A stretch of 64,000 bases of DNA from the human T2T-CHM13v2.0 reference genome, Homo sapiens (GCF_009914755.1 NC_060936.1); one strand, 5' to 3'; shown: positions 42,768-57,541, counted from the first letter of the stretch. The notes: a model not told the origin generated them from the sequence alone. Made by a program: numbers and translations.

Positions 42768-44446
42768 CTAAAGAATGAGAAAAGTTGATACTTATTTTAC
42801 TAATTTAAATAAGTAAATTTCATCTCAAAGGATCCATTTTCTGTCTTCCTCTCTTACTTTTTGTTAGCTGATATGAAAAGAGTGTTTGTTGATAAGAACT
42901 ATATTCATGCCAAAGAAGGAACAGCTATTTGTTTCTCAAGAGAACCATGAAACACAGAAGAATAAACATAATTCTAATTTAGTCCATTCCTAATTGCTTG
43001 GCCTGGCAGAGAATGTGAACTGCCTGCCTATTATCCACTCTCCCCTCTGTCCTTAGTAACAGAATCCCTATATTAATAATGGGGACAGGAATATGCCCAG
43101 ATCAAATACTATGGTTCCCATTCTCCAGATTAGGGATGGTCAGTGGAAGATACAAGCACAAGGCATTGGAAGGGGAATGCTACTTAAACTAGGCTAACTC
43201 TACTCTTTTATTCTTCCCTCCATGTCTGCTTCCTCCTTCTTCCTGTTTAGACTGTTGCTGAAATGGCTGGCACTGCAGTGGTTTTCTTGAGACCATGAGT
43301 CAACCTTCAGGGTGGAGGTCACATGGCCTGGCAAAGACAGAAAAAGAGTTTGCATCTCACATACTAGTCCTAACTGCCTGTCTCTGGACTCCTTGAAAGT
43401 GAGAGAAAAATAATAGGATTAAAAAAACAGGAATAAGTTGGCTGTTATATGCAGCCAACTTAATCCTAACGGAATCACAATAGTAGCCTTTAATGAAAGC
43501 TATTCATTTGCTTTGCCACACAAAATATTATTGCTACTACTAATAGGGTGTACAATTTCTTAAAACACTTGTAGCCAGTTATGTTTTGGAATTCAGAATG
43601 TTTTGGACTTTAGAAGTGTAATATAGTGCATATACCTTATATTATCTACTACCCCAGCAGGATTTGGGTAAGCCTCCCATAATCAAACATGCTAGTATTT
43701 ATTCACTGAAACATTTGAATATTCACTCTAAGTGATGTAAATAAATATTATTAATAGATTATGTTCATTTAGGTCAGGGTTTGGCATCAAACGAGTTTGA
43801 ACCAATCAAACAATTTTCAGGTTTCAGAACTATTTGGGTTTCATAATTGGGGATAACAGATGGACCTGAACTACCATTAGTAAATATCAATATATGCATG
43901 ACTTTGTGGCTGAACCACAATAAAAATTTCATTTTTGTGCAAACCTGCTATGTTGCAGACTTGTCTAATCCTGTAGTGTACAAATACTCGTTTCCAATCC
44001 TCAAAACATAACTTGCAAAGTATGTATTACTGTGACCATTTTATAGAGGAGGAAAGTAAGGTTCTGAGAGAGAAAATAACTTTAACAACATCGGCTGATA
44101 AGGGCCAGAGCTGAGACTTGACTCAGGTCTGTCTGACTGTACATTAACATTGGTGGCAGCAATGTATGCAGATGAAATATGATGTTTCCCAGTCTCCTTA
44201 GCAGACAGAGATGGCCAAGGAGGGATATGAGCAAAAGGTACTGGGAAGGTAAGAATGCTTTGTTAAATTCCTCTTACCACTCCCCCTTTCTCACTTCCTT
44301 CTTTTTGCTGCTGGGAATGTGGTTGCAATGACTGGTACTGCAGTGGTTATTATGAGTCTATGAGGAACATGCATACTGCAGTTTGCTACAAGCCCTACAT
44401 CTCCCTTTTGTATCCCCAGTGCTGGAGCTAGTGTTGTTGCCGTTGA

Positions 44447-44860
<414 letters not shown>

Positions 44861-45213
44861 TTATTTCTCCTAGGACACATATTCAAAGACAAAGTTTTTC
44901 TTATACTCAGTCTGCTTCCACCATCTACGGTAGCTCTCTGGCCTCTGTAGGTATTTGAATTTGTAAACCCTACATGATACTAGGCTTCTCCAAAGTGTCT
45001 AGAAAACTATTCAACACCCTCAGGAGATATTATAGTAAAATGCAAAGAAGATCATTAGACTTTAGATTCGGAAAATCTTGACTTCAAATCTGGTCGTATG
45101 GGTTACTTGCTACAAATTATAGGAAAGGCATCCATGTCCTCAAGCCTTTGTTTGCTCACATGTAATAAGGGGATAAGAGCTATCCATTTACTTCCCGTAG
45201 TTGTTATAACCAT

Positions 45214-45590
45214 TGCGAGGGTCTGAAAGTGTCTCCTAAAATGCATGTGCTGGAAACTTAACCCCTAATGCCACGGTGTTGGGGGGTAGGGCCTAATAGG
45301 AGGTGTTTAGGTCGTGAGGGCTCCACCTTAATGAATGGATCAATGCCGCTATAAAAAGGGCTTGCAGGAGTGGATTCACTCTCTTCTACTCTTCTGCCAG
45401 GTGAGGACACACCGTTCCTCTGCTCCAGAGGATGCACTACAAGGCACCATCTTAAAACTAGAGGCCAAACCTGCTGACACCTTTATCTTAGACTTCCCGG
45501 CCTCCAGAACTGTAAGAGAATAAATTTCTGTTCTTTATAAATTACCTAGTCTCAGGTATTCTGTTACAGCAGCATAAAATGGATTGAGAC
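45214..45590 (+). mobile_element. MST-type MaLR solo LTR
   Basis: cttcccggcctccagaactgtaagagaataaatttctgttctttataaattacc...gagaca. Confidence 0.8.
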
Positions 45591-45708
45591 AACCCTGTTA
45601 TGTTGGTGTAAAAAAATCTACATAAAAAGAGGATCTGACACAGTGCCTGGTACAAACTAATCAATGTTAGTCCCTTTTTCTTTCAGAACAAATAATATTT
45701 GTGCTTAC

Positions 45709-45859
45709 CTGAATTTTGTCGCACCAGCCAGCAAAATATCTGAATGTTTGCACAGACATTCCAATGTGTGTCTTCAGGGCCAAGGTATAGACAGCCCCTG
45801 AATCAAGGGCTTCAATAGTTGCCAGCTCTTCTTGGTTCTCTTCCAGTAGGTCTGCAAGT
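45709..45859 (-). CDS. ALDH1L2: ALDH1L2 exon 13 (151 nt)
   Basis: acag|A...CAG|gtaagc; [50 protein letters not shown]. Confidence 0.97.
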
Positions 45860-46488
45860 CTGTGTGGTCAGTGAAAGAAATAAATTCAACAAGTATTGAT
45901 TGAGCTCCTGTCACATATAATGCAGTATCCTAAGGACGGAGAATTCAGAGGTAAACACATATGGATCAGATCTCTGCCCTTATAGAGACCATGGTCCAGT
46001 AGGCAAGAAAGACATTAAACAAATATTTTCATAAATCATTTGTTTCAAGAATTACAAAGGAGAAGCAGAGGGTATTGGAAGCATATATAACTTGCCTCAT
46101 CTATGTGTAAGAAGTAGAACAATGACTGAGCCAGTACCAGTCATTGGAACCACATTCCCAGAACCCACACTTCTGAGAACCCATGAACATTTGAGGATTT
46201 CCAGTTGGCACAAAAATATTTCCAAAACTAACTGAAGAGACAAGATAGCAACGTACACAATGAATTACAAACACTGCAACAGATTTCTGTTTGGTGTTCA
46301 CAAGTTTTATGGGAAGGTAAGTGCAGGACTGTATAATGACTATGATACGGTAAGACTCATCTTTTGTGTTCAACTTCTCTATTTATTTTTCTTCTGTATT
46401 TGTAGTGGTTCTCTGAGCTGTTCCTTTGGGGCCACTCTAGAGTCCAGCTTGAAATCCCCCTCCGACAATCTTTGTTCCAGATCTTGCT

Positions 46489-46756
46489 TGTATTAGTTCA
46501 TTCTCATGCTGCTAATAAAGACATACCTGAGACTGGGTAATTTATAAAGGAAAGAGGCAAGAGCATGTGCAGGGGAACTGCCCTTTATAAAACCATCAAA
46601 TCTCATGAGACTTATATACTTTCATGAGAACAGCACAGGAAAGACTTGCCCCCATGATTCAGTGACCTCCCACTGGGTCCCTCCCATGACACATGGGAAT
46701 TATGGGAGCTACAATTCAAGATGAGATTTGGGTGGGGACACAGCCAAATCATATCA
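46489..46756 (-). mobile_element. THE1 solo LTR with ~90-nt internal deletion
   Basis: Perfect TSD TTGCT; shorter than the 12049 copy between gaaagagg and caagag. Confidence 0.88.
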
Positions 46757-47572
46757 TTGCTCTAGGAGATCTATTGATCTAGGTCCGATATTGGATTTTA
46801 GGTAAACAGCAAATGGAATTTATGATTGAATCTAATCACTCCTGGCATCCTTCATTACTGATTTATAATATTCTTCCCAGTCCTTATTATTTTTCTTCCT
46901 TGTTCCTATTCCTTACACATCAAGTGGATATAAAATGTTTTTTTAAAACAACAGGGTACTGGATATTCTCCACTTGCCGCTCTCTGTATCCATTCTCCAC
47001 CCTGCTCTGTGACCTTGACCCTGGTGAATGACCTTTATAGATTACATCACCTGGCTCCCTTGCTCTCCCATTGGGCTTGGCCAGTGAGAGACCACTGGGA
47101 GGCACCCGCAGAATATTGGTGAACTGAAGGAAAAAGTGGCTGGGGAGTTGGATTCCCTGGCTCCCTCGCTGATAGGCTGTGGTTCAGAAGCTGCCATGTC
47201 CCTCCACTGCAGTGTGGTTTTCTCGTATAGCTACAGATCTTGCCAGATTCCAGTAACAGCTCCTTCCCCTGTCCCTTCAGACCTTGACATAGCAGCTTCC
47301 CCCTGCTGCTAGCCCTGCCTGGATGTTTCAGTATCCTTTATTGGATTTCTTTGACCTCGGCCACGTCTTTGTGAACAGTTCTTTATTAAACTTCTTTTCC
47401 AGCTGGGACCTGCCTGATGCAAGCAATACTAACATAATCAACATATATAGGATTTAATATGAGTCAAGTAACAGAAGACATATTTCATATTAGGTGAATA
47501 CTAGAATGTTTTGCAGGAATTTTTAAAATCTTGGCAATGTTAGCCAATATCCAAAGGTAGTAGACTCACTTT

Positions 47573-47846
47573 GTTTTGCTTTTTTTTTTTCTTTTTTTTT
47601 TTTTGAGACAGAGTCTTGCTTTCTAGCACAGGCTGGAGTGCAGTGGTGCACTCTCGGCTCACTACACCCTCCACCTCCTAGGTTCAAGCAATTCTTCTGC
47701 CTCAGCTTCCTGAGTTGCTGGGACTACAGGCACGTGCCACCACTCACGCCTGTAATCCCAGCACTTTGGGAGGCTGAGGCAGGTGAATCACCTGAGGTCA
47801 GGAATTTGAGACCAGCCTGGCAAACGTAGTGAACCCCTGTCTCTAC
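47573..47846. mobile_element. Alu with inverted left arm
   Basis: Right arm on - (47573-47743) fused to left arm on + (47743-47846). Confidence 0.88.
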
Positions 47847-47891
47847 CAGAGTTACTTTTCTAAAAAATAAAAAAATAAAAAATAGAAATAC

Positions 47892-48019
47892 CTATACATC
47901 AATCTTCCTCTTTCTCTTGCATTCATTCTTCCCCATTCACCGTTTTCAAAAGCATCTTTTGCTGCTGCTACTGCTTTATCAACATCCGCCAAAGAAGCGT
48001 AGGATACTTTGCATATTGT
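47892..48019 (-). CDS. ALDH1L2: ALDH1L2 exon 12 (128 nt)
   Basis: atag|ACA...AG|gtattt; [43 protein letters not shown]. Confidence 0.97.
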
Positions 48020-48612
48020 CTATTTCAAGGTAAGTAAAAATAGGCCCCATGAGAGATATGAAAATATGGTTCTTGGAATTAATATTGTATTAATAGAAAA
48101 AATAGAGTATTACTGATTTAAAAAAAGTTATGATAAGAAATGAGTATATCTAGTACTACAGTAAAGAAAAAGAACAATTTTAATATGAAAATTGTGAACC
48201 AGAAATTTAGTACTTCTCATATCATACTACTTTATGGAAGAACACATTTAGGAAGATTGGAAGACTGTAGTTCTTCCAGTGCTTTAGGAAAGCTGAATTT
48301 CTTGCCATGAGTCTTCAAAGTCTGGAAAGTTTTTTCACATATAGCTCTATGCAGATGAGTGCCTCTGGTGTGTATAGGTAAAGCTACCTGTCTAAATTTA
48401 TCATAAATGTTCTATAAAATAGGTTACTACAGTTAATAGCAGCTGGTACCAGAATTGAGTCATTGAAAGAAAAGCATGAAGTACATTTGTGTGAAGTACT
48501 TAGAGGCAGAGTGAGAGAATAAAAGGGCTTCTTAAGACTGCCTCTTTTACAATGGTGTATTAACTAAAAATCCACGACCAGTGATCACTACTCACACTAA
48601 AGAATTACTCAC

Positions 48613-48732
48613 AGATCCATCTGTTGGGTTGATAGTGTCGTAAGTCTTTCCATCGTCTGCATCTGTGAACTGTCCATTTATGAAACACTGGTATGGCATT
48701 TTTACCATGATTTCATTGACCTCCTTTGAAAT
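48613..48732 (-). CDS. ALDH1L2: ALDH1L2 exon 11 (120 nt), start of ALDH domain
   Basis: tcag|ATT...TCT|gtgagt; [40 protein letters not shown]. Confidence 0.97.
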
Positions 48733-49604
48733 CTGAGAGAATTATATTAATAGATTCAATGGATTTCCGTGTTTACCAATTTGATGTCAAACAGCAATAA
48801 AGAAGCATATTCACGAATGCAGAGGGAGAAGTCAATGACATTCTAGTTCCGACCGTACAGAAGACATGCATATGTGAGATTTGGGCCTCAAGATGCTTGC
48901 CTTGGCCACTGGGGCAGGAGGGTAGAAGCTGTGAAGACAGAAGTGCTCTAGGCCAGGCTTTATACAGATTTCAGATTTTCTTTCTTAACAGATAAAAGGT
49001 AACTCACAAGACCTCTAGATAATGGAAACACCACCATCTAGTGGCAGCATTGGTGGAGCGCAGCTGTTGCCTTCATTGAAATCATTGAAAATGCCTTTGT
49101 CAATAGGTTTCCTTTTACACTGGTGCCATTTTAAGTTTGCTTTCCTTAAGTTCCTCTCTGTTTTCACTTTTTGTCTGTTACACATGTGTTGCGTAAATTG
49201 TACTCTCTGCCAGTGGCTGGCAAGCAAATTGAGGTTAGTCAATGAACTTTGATGAGGATCAGTTTTTTTCAACAATGCAATGGGGATAATGATACTGCCT
49301 TCATGCAGTTACTGTGAGGAAAAACTGAGGTAATATATCAATGCAAGGTATTAAAAAGGAAATGTAATTATTTAAAAAATTATTTCACAGAGAGGAATTG
49401 TCAGTGCTTTAAAAAGAAACAAAAAATAGCAAGAAGGTCTCTTGCCTTTTCCCACACTGAGTGCTCATGATCTATGAGCTATTTCCATTGTGTTTATGTG
49501 GGATATAATGAAGGAAATTTCATGGGAATTGATGTGTTCAGTGTCTGCAAACAGTCCACTTTTCTAAAATTATCATTCTTGGAATATGCTGAATGTATAA
49601 CACC

Positions 49605-50030
49605 TAATTTGATTTTCCTAACAATTCTCTGAGGTAGATATCATTATTATATAATATGTTATTATTATATAATATTATTACCCTATAAATTGGGTGATAT
49701 GAGTCAAGTAACAGAAGACGTATTTCATATTATGTGCATACTAGAATGTTTTGCAGGTAATAATTACCCAATCTATAGGGTAATAATAATATTACATAAT
49801 AACATCCACCACAGAGGGTTGTTAGGAGAATCAAATTATATACTCTATAAATAGGGTAAAAATAATGGAGGAAATAATAATAATGGAGGTAATAATAATG
49901 GAGGGTAATAATAGGAGCAAACTGTGGCTTAGGGAAGTTAAGTAACTCGCCCAAGGTCACACAGCTAGTAAGCCATGCTACTTGGATTCAAACTTAGGTT
50001 GGTCTGACTCCAAAATTCATGTTCTTAACC
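49605..50030. mobile_element. MIR interrupted by a complex templated insertion
   Basis: MIR halves cctaacaattctctgaggtaga and aaactgtggcttagggaagttaagtaactcgcccaaggtcacacagctagtaag. Confidence 0.8.
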
Positions 50031-50085
50031 AGATAATGCTAAACTGCTTTTCAGATTTGCCTAATTCTTATTAAAAACAAATGGG

Positions 50086-53000
50086 TGAGAAGTACTTCTG
50101 GGACAGGAAAGTAAGGACCTCTGAAAATCCACTCCTTCATAAAAGCAATGAGAACACTAGAAAATATTGTTAAAAAATCACTTCTCTCAGAACTCTGGAA
50201 ATTAGCCAAAGGCTTGCAATAATCCATTTCAAGAAGAATAGCTGAATCACAGTAAGAAAAGTGAGCTTTATGGTGTATTAACTGCCTTATTCCCATCTTT
50301 CTCAAAAGCTCTGCAGTAGCCTTGAAAAGCCAACATCATTGCAAGTATGGTAGCTGTGAAAACCAGCAGCCTAGTAGCCTCTGGTGGGGATGAAATGGGT
50401 CTGGAGCTCTTCACAAGCCTCATCCCAAAGAACTGTTACTATTTGGCCTGCCTGGCAGCTCCCTGGAAAGCTCTACTCTCAGAGATTTTCTGGTTTTAGA
50501 GGCAGGGTCTCACTATGTTATCCAGGCTGGAGTGTAGTGGCTATTCACAGGTCTGATCAAGTGCATCACAGCCTCAAACTCCTGGACTCAAGTGATCCTC
50601 CTGCCTCAGCCTCCTGAGTAGCTGGGACTACAGGCACATGCTACCATGCCTGGCTTGGGCTTGTCTTTACTAGATCTGACTCAGAGCTTGTTATGCACAA
50701 ACAGCCCTATTCCTGGGACATTTGTCAAAAATAATCAGTGGCAATTATTTAATATTGCAGCTGCCCACAGACACTAAAAAATGGCTGACCAAAAAACAAG
50801 AGGAATAACTGGGAATGAGATATCCATAAGAGGCATTGAAAAGCTCTGACATATTCCTGGGAATCCAGAAGACCAATATACAAGCAGGGCTTGTGCATGT
50901 GCCCAGAAAAGACCTCAGAAGGCCCTTATCTCTTAACTCTGGATGACTTTGAGGCTCTGTGCAGGCAGGAAGTGTGAAGGTAAGGCAGAATTGTAAACTG
51001 CCTGCTGGAGCACTGAAGGTATATCCCAGCACACACACAGAGCCCCCTCACAAATGCTGGGAGACTTATTGGCTCAAGGTGTCTAAGAAAATCTATGCCC
51101 AATCATTAGATGACCATTAAAGTAACTGAACAGAGACTTCAGTAGTGGCAAACAATAAAAAATAAAGACTTTACAGAATTGTCAAGGAAGTCATTGAACA
51201 ACAACAACAAAAAGCAGCAGCAGCAACAGCAACAAATGTTGTGAAGGGAGATGGGGAGAAGGTCTGCTTTCTGGAGTTACCACATTCTATTATTTTAAAT
51301 GACCACCTTTCAACAAAAGATTACAAGACGTGCAGAGAAACAGGAAAGTATGGCCTATAAACAGGTGAAAAAAAAGCAGCTAATAGAAACCATCCCTAGA
51401 GAAGCCTAGACATTGGATTTGCTAAAGAAAGATTTTCAATAAGCTTTTGTAAATATGTTCAATGAACTAAAGGAAACCATGTCTAAAGAATTAAAGGAAA
51501 GTAAGAGAATAATGTCTTGCCAAACAGAGAATATCAATGAAGAGATAAAAATTATTTTAAAAAGAACCAAATAAAAATGCTTAAGTTGAAAAGTGCAATA
51601 ACTGAAATAAAAAAATTACTGGAGGGACCCAATAGCAAATTCAAGAAGGTGAAAAAAGCCTGAACAACAGGAAGGAATAAGAATAAAGAAAAATGAACAG
51701 AGCCTCAGAGACTGATGGGATACCATCAACTATACCAACATATGCATAAAAGGAATCCCAGAAGGAGAGGAGAATGAGAAGGGAAAGGAAAAATATTTGA
51801 AGAAAGAATAGCTGAAAATTTCCTAAATTTGATGAAAAACATTAATTTGCACATTTCAAGAATGCACAATCCAAGAAGCTCAACAAATTCTAATGGAAAA
51901 ATTCAAAGGCTCCACACCTAGACACATCATAACAAATTATCAAAAGACAAAGAGGAAATCTCAAAAGCAGCAAGAGAGAAGGAACTCATCATACAAAAGA
52001 GTCCTTAATAAAATTACCAGTTGACTTATCAGAAACCGTGGAGGCCAGAAGGCAATACGATGAAATACTTAAAATGATAAAAGAAAAATACCGTCCAAAA
52101 ATTCTATACCCAACAAAAATATCCTTCAGAAATGAAGGAGAAATTAAAACATTCCCAAGTGAACAAAAACAGAAAATTGATTGCTAGCATACCTGGCCTA
52201 CAAAAAGTACTGAGAAGAATCCTTCAAGTTGAAATGAAAGAACACCAGACAATTAACTTGAAAACACATGAAGAAATAAAGAGTACTGGTAAAGGTAACT
52301 ACACAGGTAAATATAAACATTGGTATAAATATATTTTTTAACTCTATCTCATTAAAAATACAACTTCATAAAGCAATAATTATAAAACTGTTGGTGGGCT
52401 CATGATGTATAAAGACATAATTCATATGACAATAATGGCACAAATTAGGGGAGTATGCAACAACTATGTTACAGCAAAGCTTTCCTATACTATTAAGTTG
52501 GTGTTCATCTGAACTAGATCATTTTAAGCAAAAATGTTAATTATAATCCTCAAGGCAACCACTAAGAAAATAGCTTAAAAATACAGTTAAATTAAAAATA
52601 AGGGATTAAAAAGGCATACTAGATATATTTAACATAAAAGAAAGCAGTGAGGGAGAAATTGAGGAATAAAAAGGTGTCAGACAAGACACAAGAAAGCACA
52701 AGTGGTAAAAGAACATAGATAAATTAGACTTCATCAAAATTAAAACCTGTTGTGTGTCAAAGGACACTCAAAGTTTTCAGCAAATCTACAGAATGAGAGA
52801 AAACATTTGCAAATCTTACATCTGATAAGGATCTAGTATCCAAAATATACGAAGGACGCTTAAGACTCAGCAATAAAAAGACAAGCCAGTTTTAAAATGA
52901 GCTAAGGATTTGAAAGAACAGACATTTCTCCAAAGAAGAAATACAAATGCCCAATAAGTATATGAGAAGATGCTCAACATCAGTAGTCATTAGGGAATAC

Positions 53001-53794
53001 AAATGAAAACCACAATGAGATCCCACTTTACACCCACTAGGACAACTAAAAGAGAAAAGACAGATGAGAGCAAATATTGGCGAGGATATGGAGAAGTTGA
53101 AACCCTCATACATTGGTGGGATTACATAATGGTGTAACCACTTCGGAAAACAGTTTGGCAGTTACTCAAAAAAGTTAAACATAGAGTTACCATATGACTC
53201 ATCAATTCCACTCTTAGGTACATACCCAAGAGACTTGAAAACATATGTTCATGCAAAAACTTATATATGAATTTTCATAGCATTATTCATAATAGCCAAA
53301 AGGTAGAAACAACCCAAATGTACATCAACTGATGAATGGGTAAACAAACTGTGGTATACTTATACAATAGAATATTACTTGGCCAAAAAAAGGGATGAAA
53401 TGATGATACAACATGGATGAACGTTGGACACATTATGCTAAGAGAAAGAAGCCAGAAACAAAAAGCCACATGTTGTATGATTCTATTTATATGAAATCTC
53501 TAAAATAGGCAAATCCATAGACAGAAAAGAGGTTAGCATTTTCTAGGAACTATCATGCTATCCAATTTTGGAACATTTTTTGTATGAGGTAGTCCTGGAA
53601 GAGTAAAGAATGACTGCCAATGGGTACAGGGCTTCTTTTTGGGATGATGAAAATGTTCCAAAATTGGATGGCATAATAATTGCACAACCCTGTGAATATA
53701 TTAAAAACTACCCAAAATGCACATTTTAAAGGGGAATTTTATGCCATCTGAATTAGATCTCAGTAAAGCTGTTGTTTTTTAAAGGTCATAAATA
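50086..53794 (+). mobile_element. Old L1M (L1MB-like): 5' UTR, ORF1 remnant and 3' end; contains an Alu monomer at ~50492-50657
   Basis: ORF1-like 51400-52230; ORF2 C-terminal remnant from ~52700; 14-bp TSD TAAAAACAAATGGG (50072-50085, 53795-53808). Confidence 0.8.
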
Positions 53795-53881
53795 TAAAAA
53801 CAAATGGGCAACAGGCACAGCAGTCTTTTATAGTGTATGGATCTCACTGATTTAGGGTTGCAACATCAAGGAAAAGCTTAC

Positions 53882-54029
53882 ATAATCTACAACCAGCTCC
53901 ACCTCTTGATCTTCTCCTCTCAGTTTCCTCACGACCTTTTGGATAAAGCCTTCAAACTTGGTGGCCATATAGACATCTTCATTCTGCAACTGAAGCCCAC
54001 CACATTTCTGTCTGATCTCTTCAACCAGC
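53882..54029 (-). CDS. ALDH1L2: ALDH1L2 exon 10 (148 nt)
   Basis: taag|G...TAT|gtaagc; [49 protein letters not shown]. Confidence 0.97.
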
Positions 54030-54795
54030 CTTAAAGTAAAAACCAGCTTCGCGTTACTTAGATTTTTAAAAGGGGTTAGGAAGATTGTGTTATTTGCACT
54101 TGTCAAGTTGTTTTGAGGTAAGACTTACATCACATGCCTATTTATATCCTATGAGATCTTCTGTGATACTCATCAGAGAAATTGATAAGACTAGGGGCAA
54201 GAAATTAAAAATATATCTTGAAGGACAGTGGCAGTTTTTTAAAACTTTATCCATGACTAAAAATAAAAGCAATCAAGGCAAAAATATTTTAATTACTTAT
54301 AAGCAAGGTAGCAAGGATCATATAAAGTCAACTCCTTTCCTTTCATATATACTCAGGGAATAAGAAACAAAGACACTTTCCTAACTGTAAAGATTATGAG
54401 AGATGAATGTCATATTGTAGACTATTTTCTCTAAATTACAAGTATAAGATGGACATTTGTTTGTATTACGTAGTTAACATAGGTACTAGCTAGAACCATA
54501 TGCAGTAGGTCAGTATAACTTTTGAAGTCCTTTCCAATCCTTTGATTTCCACTGTTAGTTTGTCAAATTACAGCTGTTATCTGACATTTCTTGAATAGCA
54601 GTGGTGTACGAGGTACAGTGTAGAAAGTCCACCATGGTTGTGGTTCAATCATTTATTCTCTAAAAGAGATGATACCTTTGTAATCAAGATAATAATATCA
54701 GATGATTATGGTAAGCCAGACACTCAAACAGAAAATGAGTAATTCCTGCAGGAGTATCTTGCTAGCAAAAAAAAAAGTATTAATAATACAGTACT

Positions 54796-55290
<495 letters not shown>

Positions 55291-56327
55291 ATGTAGTATT
55301 GAAATATTTAGTTAAGCCAATTAGAAGTTTCTGGGAACTCATGAATCACAGCTGAGAAATCTATAATTTGAGGAGCCGAAACTCTTGACTTTTGAAAACA
55401 CTATGTGCTCTTGAAATGATTGTTTTTGATTTCTGGAATAAAACCTCCATGAATAAAGGGGACGTTGTCTAGTTTACACTGTATCCCCAGTGCTAAAACT
55501 GTTCCTGACATGTAGTAAGTGTTCAGTCAGTGTTGTTAAGTAAATGAGTGAGTAGATAGAATATTCATCAGGAACGTTGCTTTGTCAATATGAAGGATTT
55601 TATCAAGAGGAGGAACATTTTTGCCTTGTTTAATTAGTGTATGGCCACAATGTGGCCTAGGATCAAATCCTCTTAGCTTCTATTCTCTGTACCCACCATC
55701 AAGGGACTGCACAGTCCCTGGTGAGCTCCAGCTGTCTTGTTATCCCAGTTACTCGAAGAAAAACACCTCTGAAAGATGCTGCACCAGTAGGATCCTGGTC
55801 CAGTTTCCTTGCGATAGAGGCTTTCTGGGACTCCAGCCCTTTCAACTTGCTCTAAACCTCTGTGGAGAAATTCTGATATTGGGTGATTACACTTGTCCTT
55901 GCAAGTAGCCTGATAACCCTCATTCTAGATCTGTCTTACTAGGTAATTTATGGGGGGGGCGAGGGTAGGAGAAAAAAGATTTGGGGGAAAGCATAATTAA
56001 TATCAGGTATCAGATATTATTCTGGTAATATTATTAATATCAGGTGTCAGATATTATTCAGATAATATTCTGGATCAGGCTGCATAGGAAATTCACTGTT
56101 AGCATTCTCACCCAGAGCTTCTCAATTCTGATGTCATATTGGAGGAAAATTAGCTAAGAAACTGGAAGGACAAATTTTTAAAAGATGCAAACAATTCTAA
56201 GGGTTGCTTTTTTAGGTATACGGAAGATATGAAAACAACTTCTGGTTAGCAACAAAGAGAAATAAACGGATATATCTGCTTGACCATGGAAACAATAGCA
56301 AAAAAAGATGAAGAATAAAGATGTGTT

Positions 56328-56637
<310 letters not shown>

Positions 56638-56769
56638 GATGAGTCATAGATAGGTATGATAAGGTAATCACATCCAGAACAAAGGATGTGTGTGGATTTC
56701 ACTGTCAAAGCCAAAGTCAAAATCTCTAGTGAGGGAATCCCTAGTGAGTCAATAAGGGCGTGGTTTTAC

Positions 56770-56861
56770 CTGGCAACATCCATTGAGCTTGCTCCAGATT
56801 TAAAGAAGTCTGTTGAGTCTTCAATAATGGGGACATTGCTTAAAATTCCAGCCCAGATGAC
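56770..56861 (-). CDS. ALDH1L2: ALDH1L2 exon 9 (92 nt), carrier (ACP-like) domain with 4'-phosphopantetheine Ser375
   Basis: gtag|GTC...AG|gtaaaa; [31 protein letters not shown]; Ser codon at 56784-56786. Confidence 0.97.
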
Positions 56862-57415
56862 CTACACAAAAAGGAAACTCTTATGAGGGAAGTGCCACGT
56901 AGAACAATGTGGCAGAGACTGGGCTAGCTCTTCACCAAACCAATTCCCTCTTCATCTTGTACACTCAGCTGTACATACAGCTGGATCACATTTCTCAGCG
57001 CCTCTCCAAGTTAGATGCAACCAATGAACAGGAGTGGAAGTGACCTGCACCACCCCAGTCCTAGCCCATGTAAACCTCCTCCACGCCATTCTACATGCTC
57101 CTTTGCCCTTCTGGCTGTCTGGAATAGAGACGCCCCCCAGGGAGACCTTGAAAATAACAGAAACTGGGTTCCTGAATGACTTCACCCCTAACCCCCGTGC
57201 CAACCTGGAACTGCCTTGGATGACTTATGTGAAAAATCAGTTTGTATATACTGTGTTTAAGCATATGAATTTGGAGGTTGATTTCCTCTTGCAGCTAATA
57301 CAAAAAAAGAGGAAATAAAGTTCTGATCCCACTACTTTGAGGACTGATGGTACCAGTTACGAACATGCTTCAGTTTTCCAAGGTAACAGTAAGATTTAAG
57401 TCATCATGTGTTCAC

Positions 57416-57541
57416 CTTGATGGTCTCTGCCACTTTCACCTCTTCAGCTGTCAGTTCTACCACTGACGTCTCACCCGTTGAAAAGTACTGAGAGGCAGGG
57501 ATCATTTTTCCATCTTCAAACTGCAGATTTCTCACCGTCAG
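57416..57541 (-). CDS. ALDH1L2: ALDH1L2 exon 8 (126 nt)
   Basis: gtag|CTG...AAG|gtgaac; LTVRNLQFEDGKMIPASQYFSTGETSVVELTAEEVKVAETIK. Confidence 0.97.

Noticed and set aside
46314-48035. Consensus + strand donors AAG|GTAAGT at 46314-46322 and 48027-48035 as antisense exons
   Set aside because: One or two such 9-mers are expected by chance in 64 kb, and I found no paired acceptor or ORF. Stranded RNA-seq would be needed.
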